43,038 nucleotides of DNA from Nanobdellota archaeon (GCA_038044245.1 JBBTAK010000011.1:1-43038); one strand, 5' to 3'. Shown: positions 10,145-17,411, counted from the stretch's first letter. Notes: generated by a model not told the origin, from the sequence alone. Translations and numbers: made by a program.

Positions 10145-11117
10145 GCCTTTCTGTTTTGTGGGCTAAATTACAGGTTGGAAATTGGTTAGATAATCTTTTC
10201 ATATCTCTATAGAATTTATTATAGCTTTTTGATGAAATACTAAACCTATAAACATCAAATTTATCATAAGCATATTTTTTCCTTATTTGATGGCATATAT
10301 ATCCACATTTAATACCAATATCCCTTATGTCTTTCATCAATCTTTCATTCTTTCCGTAAATAGTTATAACTTCTCCCACATGACCCTCATCAATAATAAA
10401 AGAAATTAATCCAGCAACTAAAAAACTCCTCTTTAGCCCCTTTATATTTTTGGGAAGATATGATTCAAAAGTATTTGTACTCGGAAGTTTAAAATAATAA
10501 ATATAGAATTCTGTTATTATTTTTGGAACATTTAATCTACCATTATGAAACTCCTTTTTAGGATAATCAAAATCTCCAAACACTATCTGTAATTTTCTTA
10601 AAAAATTGGTTAATCCTTCTTTGTTCATTTGTCTATAAGAAGAAACCTCCCCCTTCTTTCCTATGTGCCCATCTCCTAAAAAATGAAAAATAACAGAGGT
10701 CATTTCCGGAGTTAGATATAAAGGCAACTTTTGGTTAAATATTGGGTGTGATTTTCCAGTTCCAGTATAATATTCTATATTTTTTTCTATTTCTATCATT
10801 GTTTTATTATTTTTTTTGCTGCTTTCAGAGAGAATTTTTGATATTTCTATCAAAATCCATAGTGGAATATTAATATTCTTTATTCTACCTCTATCTTTTT
10901 TTGAACCTATTTTCCAATAACTTAAATGTCCATTATTATATTTTCTTTTTAACCCATATCTTTTTCCAGACTTATTTAATTCTTTAAGTAAATCCTTAAT
11001 AGATTTATATCTATTTTTCAATTCCTTAAAAATATTCTCTTTAAACTTTTGATTTAGCCCCAAAAAAGTAAGTGTTGGTGGAAACTCCCAGATATGAATC
11101 TTTTTATAATTTCTCAT
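10125..11117 (-). CDS. Free-standing double-motif LAGLIDADG homing endonuclease
   Basis: Two LAGLIDADG motifs: VIFHFLGDGHIGKKG and LVAGLISFIIDEGHVGE. The stop codon (10125-10127) lies inside the PIP-box codons of nre on the other strand (20-nt convergent overlap). Confidence 0.85.
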   Translation of the reverse strand: MRNYKKIHIWEFPPTLTFLGLNQKFKENIFKELKNRYKSIKDLLKELNKSGKRYGLKRKYNNGHLSYWKIGSKKDRGRIKNINIPLWILIEISKILSESSKKNNKTMIEIEKNIEYYTGTGKSHPIFNQKLPLYLTPEMTSVIFHFLGDGHIGKKGEVSSYRQMNKEGLTNFLRKLQIVFGDFDYPKKEFHNGRLNVPKIITEFYIYYFKLPSTNTFESYLPKNIKGLKRSFLVAGLISFIIDEGHVGEVITIYGKNERLMKDIRDIGIKCGYICHQIRKKYAYDKFDVYRFSISSKSYNKFYRDMKRLSNQFPTCNLAHKTERLTKRIR

Positions 11118-11138
11118 GGAGTAATTAAGATATTTTTC

Positions 11139-11148
11139 TTTATATATT
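11139..11148 (-). promoter_or_regulatory. TATA-like box for the LAGLIDADG gene
   Basis: Minus strand reads AATATATAAA, 22-31 nt upstream of the ATG at 11117. This fits a leaderless start. Confidence 0.35.
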
Positions 11149-11171
11149 TTGTGTGTTGTGTCGTTTGTGAG

Positions 11172-11267
11172 ATGATAAAATTCGGTTACGATCCCTCAAA
11201 AATACTGAAGAAGAGCAAGGTCCTTGAGAACATAAAAACCCAGACGAATCTGGGGAAGTGGGTTTAA
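11172..11267 (+). pseudogene. Displaced orphan copy of the nre 3' end (31 codons + stop)
   Basis: Translates to MIKFGYDPSKILKKSKVLENIKTQTNLGKWV*, against MIKFGFDPAKIFKKSKLIASLDQKSLTEFFS* at 10049-10144. 22 of the first 24 nt are identical. No upstream ORF in frame. Ends in a PIP-like QTNLGKWV. Confidence 0.75.
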
Positions 11268-11309
11268 TTAACATTTATATATGAAAGAGATTATATTTTA
11301 ATAAGTTAA

Positions 11310-11666
11310 ATGTCTTTAAGAAATTATTTTAATAATAATGCAGGATTATTTGCAGGAGTAGCTCTATTTTCTTTTTTAATGGTAGAAACCTTAAAAAGTC
11401 ATATAATTTTATCTTTTGTTTCTTATTATTTTGTTGTTTTATTATTAATTTATATTACTTGGAATGCTAAATTAGACGTTAAAGAACCCATTTGGAAATT
11501 CTTTTTATTTTTAGGATATGTTCTTTTTTTCCTTTCTCTTTTAGAATTCGGATATGAATACAACTCTATATTGCTTAAACTACCAGAAATTATCCTTTAT
11601 TTTCCTACTATGATTTTTATGTTTGCATTGTTAAGAAGAATATATAAAACAATCAAGGGGAATTAA
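11310..11666 (+). CDS. Hypothetical small membrane protein
   Basis: 118 aa with 3-4 hydrophobic helices. Very AT-rich. Lies within the AT-rich islet. Confidence 0.45.
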   Translation: MSLRNYFNNNAGLFAGVALFSFLMVETLKSHIILSFVSYYFVVLLLIYITWNAKLDVKEPIWKFFLFLGYVLFFLSLLEFGYEYNSILLKLPEIILYFPTMIFMFALLRRIYKTIKGN

Positions 11667-12398
11667 TTAAGAATTATTTTTTTGTGATTCTCTTTTTCCC
11701 TGATCAAAATATTTTTCTGAGAAATCTCTTACAAATTTATCAACCTCTAAAAATGTTTTTAGTGCATACCCCTCTTCTTCAATTTGGCTTTTAGCTAATT
11801 GGGCAATTGGTCTAAACTCCTTAGAGCTCTTTAATACAGGGCTTATTCCTTCAATGAGTTTTTGTCTAGCTTGTGCTTCGGTTAATTTTCCTTGCTTGAC
11901 TAACCCATGCAATTCCTTCAGCTTTTCTACGATGTTTACATTTTTAATTTCGAATGTTGGATAATAAATTCCTTTAGATAATTTCATCATGTTATAGTGA
12001 GTGTAAGGATTCCTTAAGTCATTTTTTTTACTTTCTAAAAAAGAAATCTCATCCGAGTTAAGTATATTTTTAGATTTTATTATTGATTCTCTAAAATCCA
12101 TTTTCTCTATATTTTCGTCTGATACACCCTCTATATGAAGCTTTTCTTTTGTAAGACTCTCTAATAAAATACCACATAATACTAAAGAAGCATTGTAGAA
12201 TCCTAAAGCAAGTAAATAATAAGTTTGAAAATACAATGCTCTTAAATGACTTTCCATAAGAGGAATTTCTTCATTTGGGAGATTTTGTAAATTTATAGCT
12301 ATAGTTTTTTTTAGATTGCTGAACATATCCTCTATAAATTTTTTTCTATTTTCAAAAATTTTCATTTTCCTCTTTCTTCTTTCTTCTGTATTCTTCAA
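11667..12398 (-). CDS. HEPN-domain protein (DUF4145-like)
   Basis: Rx4H motif RNPYTH (nt 11997-12014). It is preceded by the helical block ASLVLCGILLESLTKEKL, the layout seen in DUF4145/Abi-type HEPN domains. Alternative start at 12365. Overlaps the topA stop. Confidence 0.6.
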   Translation of the reverse strand: MKNTEERRKRKMKIFENRKKFIEDMFSNLKKTIAINLQNLPNEEIPLMESHLRALYFQTYYLLALGFYNASLVLCGILLESLTKEKLHIEGVSDENIEKMDFRESIIKSKNILNSDEISFLESKKNDLRNPYTHYNMMKLSKGIYYPTFEIKNVNIVEKLKELHGLVKQGKLTEAQARQKLIEGISPVLKSSKEFRPIAQLAKSQIEEEGYALKTFLEVDKFVRDFSEKYFDQGKRESQKNNS

Positions 12399-14784
12399 TC
12401 CTCTCCCGGTTTGTTTCGCATTGAGGATTGAAGCAGAACATCCAGGGTTTTTTTCCCTTTCTGATTGATAACAACATTGGGAAACCGCACTTTTCGCAGT
12501 TCTTTCTTGGCGTTAAAGGTTTTATCAGGCTGTCTGGCGGGAGGCTGTATGTGTTTCTGCATTCAGGATATTTGCTGCACCCGATAAAACTTCTCCTCGT
12601 CTTTTTAGAGTACATTATCTGTAAAGATCCAAGGTTGCAGACAGGGCAGATGTTCAGCTTGTTTTCCTCTCTCTGTTGTTGCCATAGTTTTTCATTTGCA
12701 CCAGCAAGTTCCTTCCCTATTTCTTTTTCCTGTGACTTGAATTGTTCTGAGATCTTACTTATGGTTTCCTTTGCCTCTTCTATCACTTTCTTTTCTTTCT
12801 CCAGGTAGTTCTTCTTTGACCTTTGTATTTCATCCATCTCACGTTCAAAGTTTCTTGTCAGGGCTTCGTCTATTATTATTGGCGAGTGCTTTTCCAGAGT
12901 TTCTATAAGGGAAATTCCCAAAGGAGTCGCCTTTATGCTCTGGTCCTGCACATAACCCCTATCATATAGTGTTTCCAGAATTGCAGCCCTTGTTGCCTTT
13001 GTTCCAAGATTTCTTTTTTCCAGCTCTGAGACAAGGCTCGCAGGGGAGAATCTGTGCGGAGGCTGCGTTTCTTTTTCTTTGAAATTAACTTCTGAGATTT
13101 TTACCTTTCCATTTATATCTGGAATATTTGTTTCAGATATTTTGAAAGGATATATCTCTAACCAGCCTTTCTTTTTAATTGTTGAACCTCTTGCCTGGAA
13201 AAATAATTTATTTGTCTTACTCTTTTCACTATCATCAACAACCTTAATTTTATCACCTCTTTTTTCATTATTAACATTTTTTTCATCAGCATCTATTTTG
13301 GCAGTTATTACTTTGTTTTCAACAACAGCATCTTCGCAGAACAGGGAGAGAAATCTTCTCACAATTAAGTCGTATACTTTTTTTTCATCCCCCCCTATTT
13401 CTTCAAAGTTTCCTGTAGGATATATGGAAGGATGGGCAGAATCTGTCTTTTTTCCTTCTACAGGAACTTTTCCCGTCAAAAGTTTTTCAGCCCTATACCT
13501 TGCCGCAAGCCTCTTGAGAATTTCCCTGTAATTTATTGAAGGGGGGAGCTTTTGGCTGGATGTTCTTGGGTAAGATATTAAGCCAGAAAGGTAAAGGCTC
13601 TGCGCTGCCTGCAGTGTTTTTCCCGGGTTCAAGTTAAATAACCTGTATGCCTCTGTTTGCAAATTTGTCAAATTAAAAGGCGGATTTGGCTGAATCTCTT
13701 GGGTTTTTTTCTCTGTGCTTGTGTCTGCAGTCTTTCCGGGAAGTTTTTTGAAAATTTCCAACTCTTCTTTTTTGAAGATATCCCTGTTGAATATCAAATC
13801 TATCTTTGGCTTTTCTAATGTAATAACCACCTGCCAGTAAGGCTTTGTCTTGAAAGAAGAAATCTGTTTTTCTTTCTGGACTATGAGATTTAGGGCAGGC
13901 CCCTGGACTCTTCCAATAGACATTATCTTAAATTTTCCTATTGCTCTTATGGCATTCATCAATGCTCTTGAAAGATTTATTCCGTAAAACCAGTCAAGGT
14001 AATGCCTTGTCTCTCCTGCAATTGCCTGACCCCAGTCAAGAGTTGGGGATTTTTTTTCATATGATTCATTAAGCTCTTTTTCCGTGAGTGTGGAAAATTT
14101 CATCCTTGAAGCATCTTTCTGCCCTGCGATAAATCTCACGGCATTCAATCCTATGACTTCTCCTTCTATGTCATAATCTGTAGCAACAGTTATGGAACCA
14201 GCGTTTTTTACCAGAGAAATAAGAGCATCGTAATATTTTTTGCTGAAATCGCCTTTCCTTGCAATATAGTTTGGAACCCATCCAATATTAAAAACAGGCA
14301 TGCCGCCTGCGCTGGAAGATTTAGAAGTTTGAATTAAAGTGAACAAATGGCCGACAGCGCATGCAACAATAATTTTTTTCCCGTTTCTGCTGACTTCGTG
14401 GTAAGGAACAGAGCCCATATTTCTTTGGACAGATTTTCCTAGGGCAGAAGCGATTTTTAGTGCTGCCTGCGGTTTTTCCGTGATTACCAGTTCATAACCA
14501 TCTTCTTTCAAAGAAACCTTTTTGGGAATAAACTCTGCCTTTTCTCTCTTTCCTTTTTTAACTTCACCTTTAACCCTGCTTTTTACCGCTCTTTTTTGTT
14601 TTTTGACTTTCACAATTTTCTTAATCTCTCCCTGTTTTTCTACAGTTATCAAAGAGCTCGGCTCAATTGTCTTATAGGGTTTTTCGACAGAATGCTTTAT
14701 ATCTTCAGGCTCTATGGGAAAAAATTGCTCTGCAGATGTTTCCGCTATTGTCTTTTTCTGTTTTCTTGGCATGTTAAATCTCAA
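12352..14784 (-). CDS. topA: DNA topoisomerase, type IA (TopA) with C-terminal zinc ribbons
   Basis: TOPRIM start YELVITEKPQAALKIA. DYDIEGE. Active-site GLISYPRTSSQKL. Two C4 zinc ribbons (CPVCN...CSKYPEC; CEKCG...CFNPQC). A ~95-aa Lys-rich N-terminal extension precedes TOPRIM. Confidence 0.9.
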   Translation of the reverse strand: MRFNMPRKQKKTIAETSAEQFFPIEPEDIKHSVEKPYKTIEPSSLITVEKQGEIKKIVKVKKQKRAVKSRVKGEVKKGKREKAEFIPKKVSLKEDGYELVITEKPQAALKIASALGKSVQRNMGSVPYHEVSRNGKKIIVACAVGHLFTLIQTSKSSSAGGMPVFNIGWVPNYIARKGDFSKKYYDALISLVKNAGSITVATDYDIEGEVIGLNAVRFIAGQKDASRMKFSTLTEKELNESYEKKSPTLDWGQAIAGETRHYLDWFYGINLSRALMNAIRAIGKFKIMSIGRVQGPALNLIVQKEKQISSFKTKPYWQVVITLEKPKIDLIFNRDIFKKEELEIFKKLPGKTADTSTEKKTQEIQPNPPFNLTNLQTEAYRLFNLNPGKTLQAAQSLYLSGLISYPRTSSQKLPPSINYREILKRLAARYRAEKLLTGKVPVEGKKTDSAHPSIYPTGNFEEIGGDEKKVYDLIVRRFLSLFCEDAVVENKVITAKIDADEKNVNNEKRGDKIKVVDDSEKSKTNKLFFQARGSTIKKKGWLEIYPFKISETNIPDINGKVKISEVNFKEKETQPPHRFSPASLVSELEKRNLGTKATRAAILETLYDRGYVQDQSIKATPLGISLIETLEKHSPIIIDEALTRNFEREMDEIQRSKKNYLEKEKKVIEEAKETISKISEQFKSQEKEIGKELAGANEKLWQQQREENKLNICPVCNLGSLQIMYSKKTRRSFIGCSKYPECRNTYSLPPDSLIKPLTPRKNCEKCGFPMLLSIRKGKKPWMFCFNPQCETNRERIEEYRRKKKEENENF

Positions 14785-15418
14785 ATATCTTCTCTCTCCT
14801 GCTTACGTTTATGACTCTTGTAGAACCAATTTTTTCTTCCATGCCTCCTGCCTCGTGGATGTGAGCATTTATAAGAATTTCAGGTTTAAAATCATCGATG
14901 GCTTTTCTTACTGCCGAGGAGCCAGAAAAACCAAATATTTCTGCCCTGCTTCCTATGGGATGTATATGGGTAACCATGACTTTCTTTTTTGAACCCTTTA
15001 CATCTTCATGAGCTTTTTTTAGAAGCTCTGAAATTCCGGAATCGCCTATAGAATGAATTCCCATGTTTGCTGTCCCTGCCCCGAAGATTCCAACATCCCC
15101 GATTTTTAACCCGTATCCATGAATGTTCTTTGCTCCGTACATTTTTGAAAGAAAATCTATCGTTGCAGCAGATTCATGGTTTCCTGGAATCAAAAGAACT
15201 TGTTTTTTTGCTTTAACGAAAGGGCCAACTATGTTTTCTATCGACTTTTCTGCTGTTGTTATGTCTCCTGCAAGTATGACAATGTCCACGGACTCATTTT
15301 TTGCCTTTTCCACAAGCCTTTTCACAAAACCAGTGTCCCCATGGATGTCTCCCACTGCAAGAATCCTTGTTTTGCCTTTATTCTTCTCTGTTTTTTCCAT
15401 TCTTCCGGTTTTTTCCAT
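14774..15418 (-). CDS. Calcineurin-like metallophosphoesterase
   Basis: Motifs AVGDIHGD, LAGDIT, PGNHES, THIHP, NAHIHE. Confidence 0.8.
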   Translation of the reverse strand: MEKTGRMEKTEKNKGKTRILAVGDIHGDTGFVKRLVEKAKNESVDIVILAGDITTAEKSIENIVGPFVKAKKQVLLIPGNHESAATIDFLSKMYGAKNIHGYGLKIGDVGIFGAGTANMGIHSIGDSGISELLKKAHEDVKGSKKKVMVTHIHPIGSRAEIFGFSGSSAVRKAIDDFKPEILINAHIHEAGGMEEKIGSTRVINVSRREKIFEI

Positions 15419-15536
15419 GTTTTTGGATTGGCTGTTTTCGTTAATAAACGTTACGAAATATGTTTTCCATGTTTTCCAAAAGATTTAAAAGCACATCACT
15501 TATGGGATATATACTTTAAAATACACACGTCCAAAG

Positions 15537-15803
15537 ATGAAAGACAATTTTGACATCTTTTTCAGGAGAAAGCCGGCTTTGATGCTGGTATCTTTGAAAA
15601 AGAACACAAGGATGAGGTACGGCAGTATTTTGGCTAAGGAAGTGGATTGCACTTACAGCCATGCAGTGAAAATCCTGCAGACGCTGGAGGCTTTGAGCTT
15701 GGTTGATTTCGAAAAAAAGGGGCGAATAAAAATTATAAGACTGACCAAGAAAGGCAGAGAAGTTGCAGACGCAATAGAAAACATTCAGAACCTGATCAGA
15801 TAA
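15537..15803 (+). CDS. Small winged-helix transcriptional regulator
   Basis: 88 aa. YGSILAKEVDCTYSHAVKILQTLEALSLVDFEKKGRIKIIRLTKKG is a typical wHTH (helix-turn-helix plus beta wing). Confidence 0.65.
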   Translation: MKDNFDIFFRRKPALMLVSLKKNTRMRYGSILAKEVDCTYSHAVKILQTLEALSLVDFEKKGRIKIIRLTKKGREVADAIENIQNLIR

Positions 15804-15860
15804 AAGAAGAATTCTGATAACTACCGCCCCGAATTTGCTTTATTTACTTATTTGTTAATA

Positions 15861-15882
15861 TTTTTCTCGTTTTTTCTTTTTT
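15861..15882 (+). terminator. Oligo-T tract downstream of the wHTH gene
   Basis: tttttctcgttttttctttttt. Archaeal terminators are usually oligo-T runs. Confidence 0.3.
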
Positions 15883-15947
15883 ATTAATTTTTATGCCGGA
15901 AAACCCCTACATATATTTTATTAACTATACACTATTAATAAACATTC

Positions 15948-16145
15948 ATGGTTTTACAATACAAACATAAGAAAGAATCTCACTGGAAAAAATATCCGGG
16001 CAAGAACAAGGTAAAAGGCGCAGTTGGCATGTATGACTTCCGGCTTCTGAATGAATCAAAAACGAAAGTTCTTGTTCCAAAAGGCTCTTACAAGAAAGTC
16101 TTTAAGAGATTTCGGGCTATTGAGTTCTTCAAGCACAGAAGATAG
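15948..16145 (+). CDS. Hypothetical small basic protein
   Basis: 65 aa, Lys/Arg-rich. ATATATTTTA lies at 15911-15920 upstream. No family recognised. Confidence 0.35.
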   Translation: MVLQYKHKKESHWKKYPGKNKVKGAVGMYDFRLLNESKTKVLVPKGSYKKVFKRFRAIEFFKHRR

Positions 16146-16152
16146 TTATTCT

Positions 16153-16422
16153 TCACCTTTTTGTTTTTTCATACCTTATCCAAACGGCTGCAGTTGGCTT
16201 TGACTTTCTCTTCAATCTTCCTAAAACCGCTTTTCTAAGGGTATGGGATCTTACCACTTTATTTTTATATAATCTTATTATCGGCTCAGCAACTTCCTTC
16301 AATAGAGTCTTTATCTTTTTCTCCGAGAGATGTGCTCCCTTTGCTGATTTTTTTACAGACCTTTTTATTTTGTTTGCATTGAAGGCCTATTTTTTCCCAC
16401 TCTTTTTTATTACATAACCCAT
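16153..16422 (-). pseudogene. Small basic ORF interrupted by an in-frame TAG after codon 11
   Basis: Minus strand reads ATG-GYVIKKSGKK-TAG(16387-16389)-AFNANKIKRSVKKSAKGAHLSEKKIKTLLKEVAEPIIRLYKNKVVRSHTLRKAVLGRLKRKSKPTAAVWIRYEKTKR-TGA, all in one frame. A strong TATA box lies upstream. Confidence 0.4.
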
Positions 16423-16443
16423 ATTTTTAAAGAAAGCTCTTTT

Positions 16444-16455
16444 AGTATATAAATT
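16444..16455 (-). promoter_or_regulatory. TATA box upstream of the interrupted ORF
   Basis: Minus strand reads AAATTTATATAC, 22-33 nt upstream of the ATG at 16422. Confidence 0.35.
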
Positions 16456-16481
16456 TGCTTGTTAAAATAAATGAACTAAAA

Positions 16482-16493
16482 ATGGCCCCGATG
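16482..16493. repeat. 12-bp direct repeat of the tRNA-Lys 3' end (att-like)
   Basis: atggccccgatg is identical to 17165-17176, which is the last 11 nt of tRNA-Lys plus 1 flanking nt. Same orientation. Confidence 0.6.
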
Positions 16494-16536
16494 ACCTTTA
16501 AACAGAAGTGTTAAGGTTTCTTATAATTATGGCTTT

Positions 16537-16557
16537 AAACTCAAGGATTTTGAGTTT
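16537..16557 (-). terminator. Hairpin downstream of mazF
   Basis: aaactcaa-ggatt-ttgagttt forms an 8-bp perfect stem. It lies 32 nt beyond the mazF stop. Confidence 0.25.
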
Positions 16558-16588
16558 TAGACTCTAATCAAAAATAGGCAAAGCTTAG

Positions 16589-16921
16589 TTAATCTCTCAA
16601 AAAAGAGATTATTCTGTCTATAATCTCTTTAAATTTTTCAGGTTTTAAGGAGCCAGCTTTATATTTTATAATAGACCTTTCAATAGAAAAAAATTTATCT
16701 AATCTAAGGTAACTATCTATTTTTAATCCGCCCTCCTTGAAATCCTTTTTATTAATTTGAACTTCAAGAGAAGACTCTTGTGATTTTCCTGTTATTTGGC
16801 TAACTATTGCGTCTCCGCCCTTTGGAATCTTAACAATCAGAGCCGGTCTTCTTTTAACCTGTAGTAAGTTAGAGAAAGGAAAATCAAGAACCACAACATC
16901 TCCCCTCACAAATCTTTCCAT
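16589..16921 (-). CDS. mazF: MazF/PemK-family toxin (endoribonuclease)
   Basis: RGDVVVLDFPFSNLLQVKRRPALIV... is the classic PemK N-terminal signature. 110 aa. Overlaps the antitoxin gene by 16 nt. Confidence 0.85.
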   Translation of the reverse strand: MERFVRGDVVVLDFPFSNLLQVKRRPALIVKIPKGGDAIVSQITGKSQESSLEVQINKKDFKEGGLKIDSYLRLDKFFSIERSIIKYKAGSLKPEKFKEIIDRIISFLRD

Positions 16922-17124
16922 GCTTCATCTTCCTCTTTATTCAGCCATGTTTTTGCCAAAGATTTCTCAGACCAAAGAGCTGTTTCTGGGATAGATTTTT
17001 TTAGAATTATTTCATCATCTTTTCTGATTATAATAAGCTTATCTCCCTCATTGATTCCTTTGCGCATATCTAATGGTATTACTACCTGCCCTCTTGAACT
17101 CATTTTAGTTGTATCAATTATCAT
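16906..17124 (-). CDS. mazE: AbrB/MazE/SpoVT-family antitoxin
   Basis: SSRGQVVIPLDMRKGINEGDKLIII is a swapped-hairpin AbrB-like domain. 72 aa. Lies upstream of, and overlaps, mazF. Confidence 0.8.
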   Translation of the reverse strand: MIIDTTKMSSRGQVVIPLDMRKGINEGDKLIIIRKDDEIILKKSIPETALWSEKSLAKTWLNKEEDEAWKDL

Positions 17125-17165
17125 AAATAAGATTAATCTTACTTCTATTTAAATGTTTCGCTGGA

Positions 17166-17353
17166 TGGCCCCGATGGGATTTGAACCCACGACACCTGGA
17201 TCTCTCTGTTTTCCTCCTTTCTAAAAGGAGAGGTAGTGTGAGCGATTTTGTTTGACAAAATCCCACTAATCCGCGAACAAAGTCGCGAATTAAGGAGAAC
17301 CTTGGTTCTCCCACATAAGAGTCCAGTGCTCTACCAGGCTGAGCTACGGAGCC
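17166..17353 (-). tRNA. tRNA-Lys (CUU) with a 114-nt intron at 37/38
   Basis: 5' exon 17353-17316: GGCUCCGUAGCUCAGCCUGGUAGAGCACUGGACUCUUA. 3' exon 17201-17166: AUCCAGGUGUCGUGGGUUCAAAUCCCAUCGGGGCCA. Full cloverleaf with a 7-bp acceptor stem and GUUCAAAUC T-loop. Intron 17202-17315. No encoded CCA. Confidence 0.9.
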
Positions 17354-17411
17354 TTTTGGCGTAGCGAATAACCACTTTAAACAGGGGTTATTGTAAGGGG
17401 TTTACCCCTCA

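Larger units (their letters stand above)
10049..11171. mobile_element. Homing-endonuclease cassette: replacement nre 3' end + LAGLIDADG gene + its promoter
   Basis: Bounded on the right by the orphan duplicate of the nre tail (11172-11267). The interior is much more AT-rich than the nre body. The left boundary is a minimum, because homology could extend upstream undetected. Confidence 0.55.

Noticed and set aside
16387-16389. In-frame TAG as evidence for stop-codon reassignment or pyrrolysine.
   Set aside because: TAG terminates conserved genes at their expected ends in this window (e.g. cdc48 at 23276-23278 and ORF 5575-6237 at 6235-6237). A pseudogene or sequencing error is more parsimonious.
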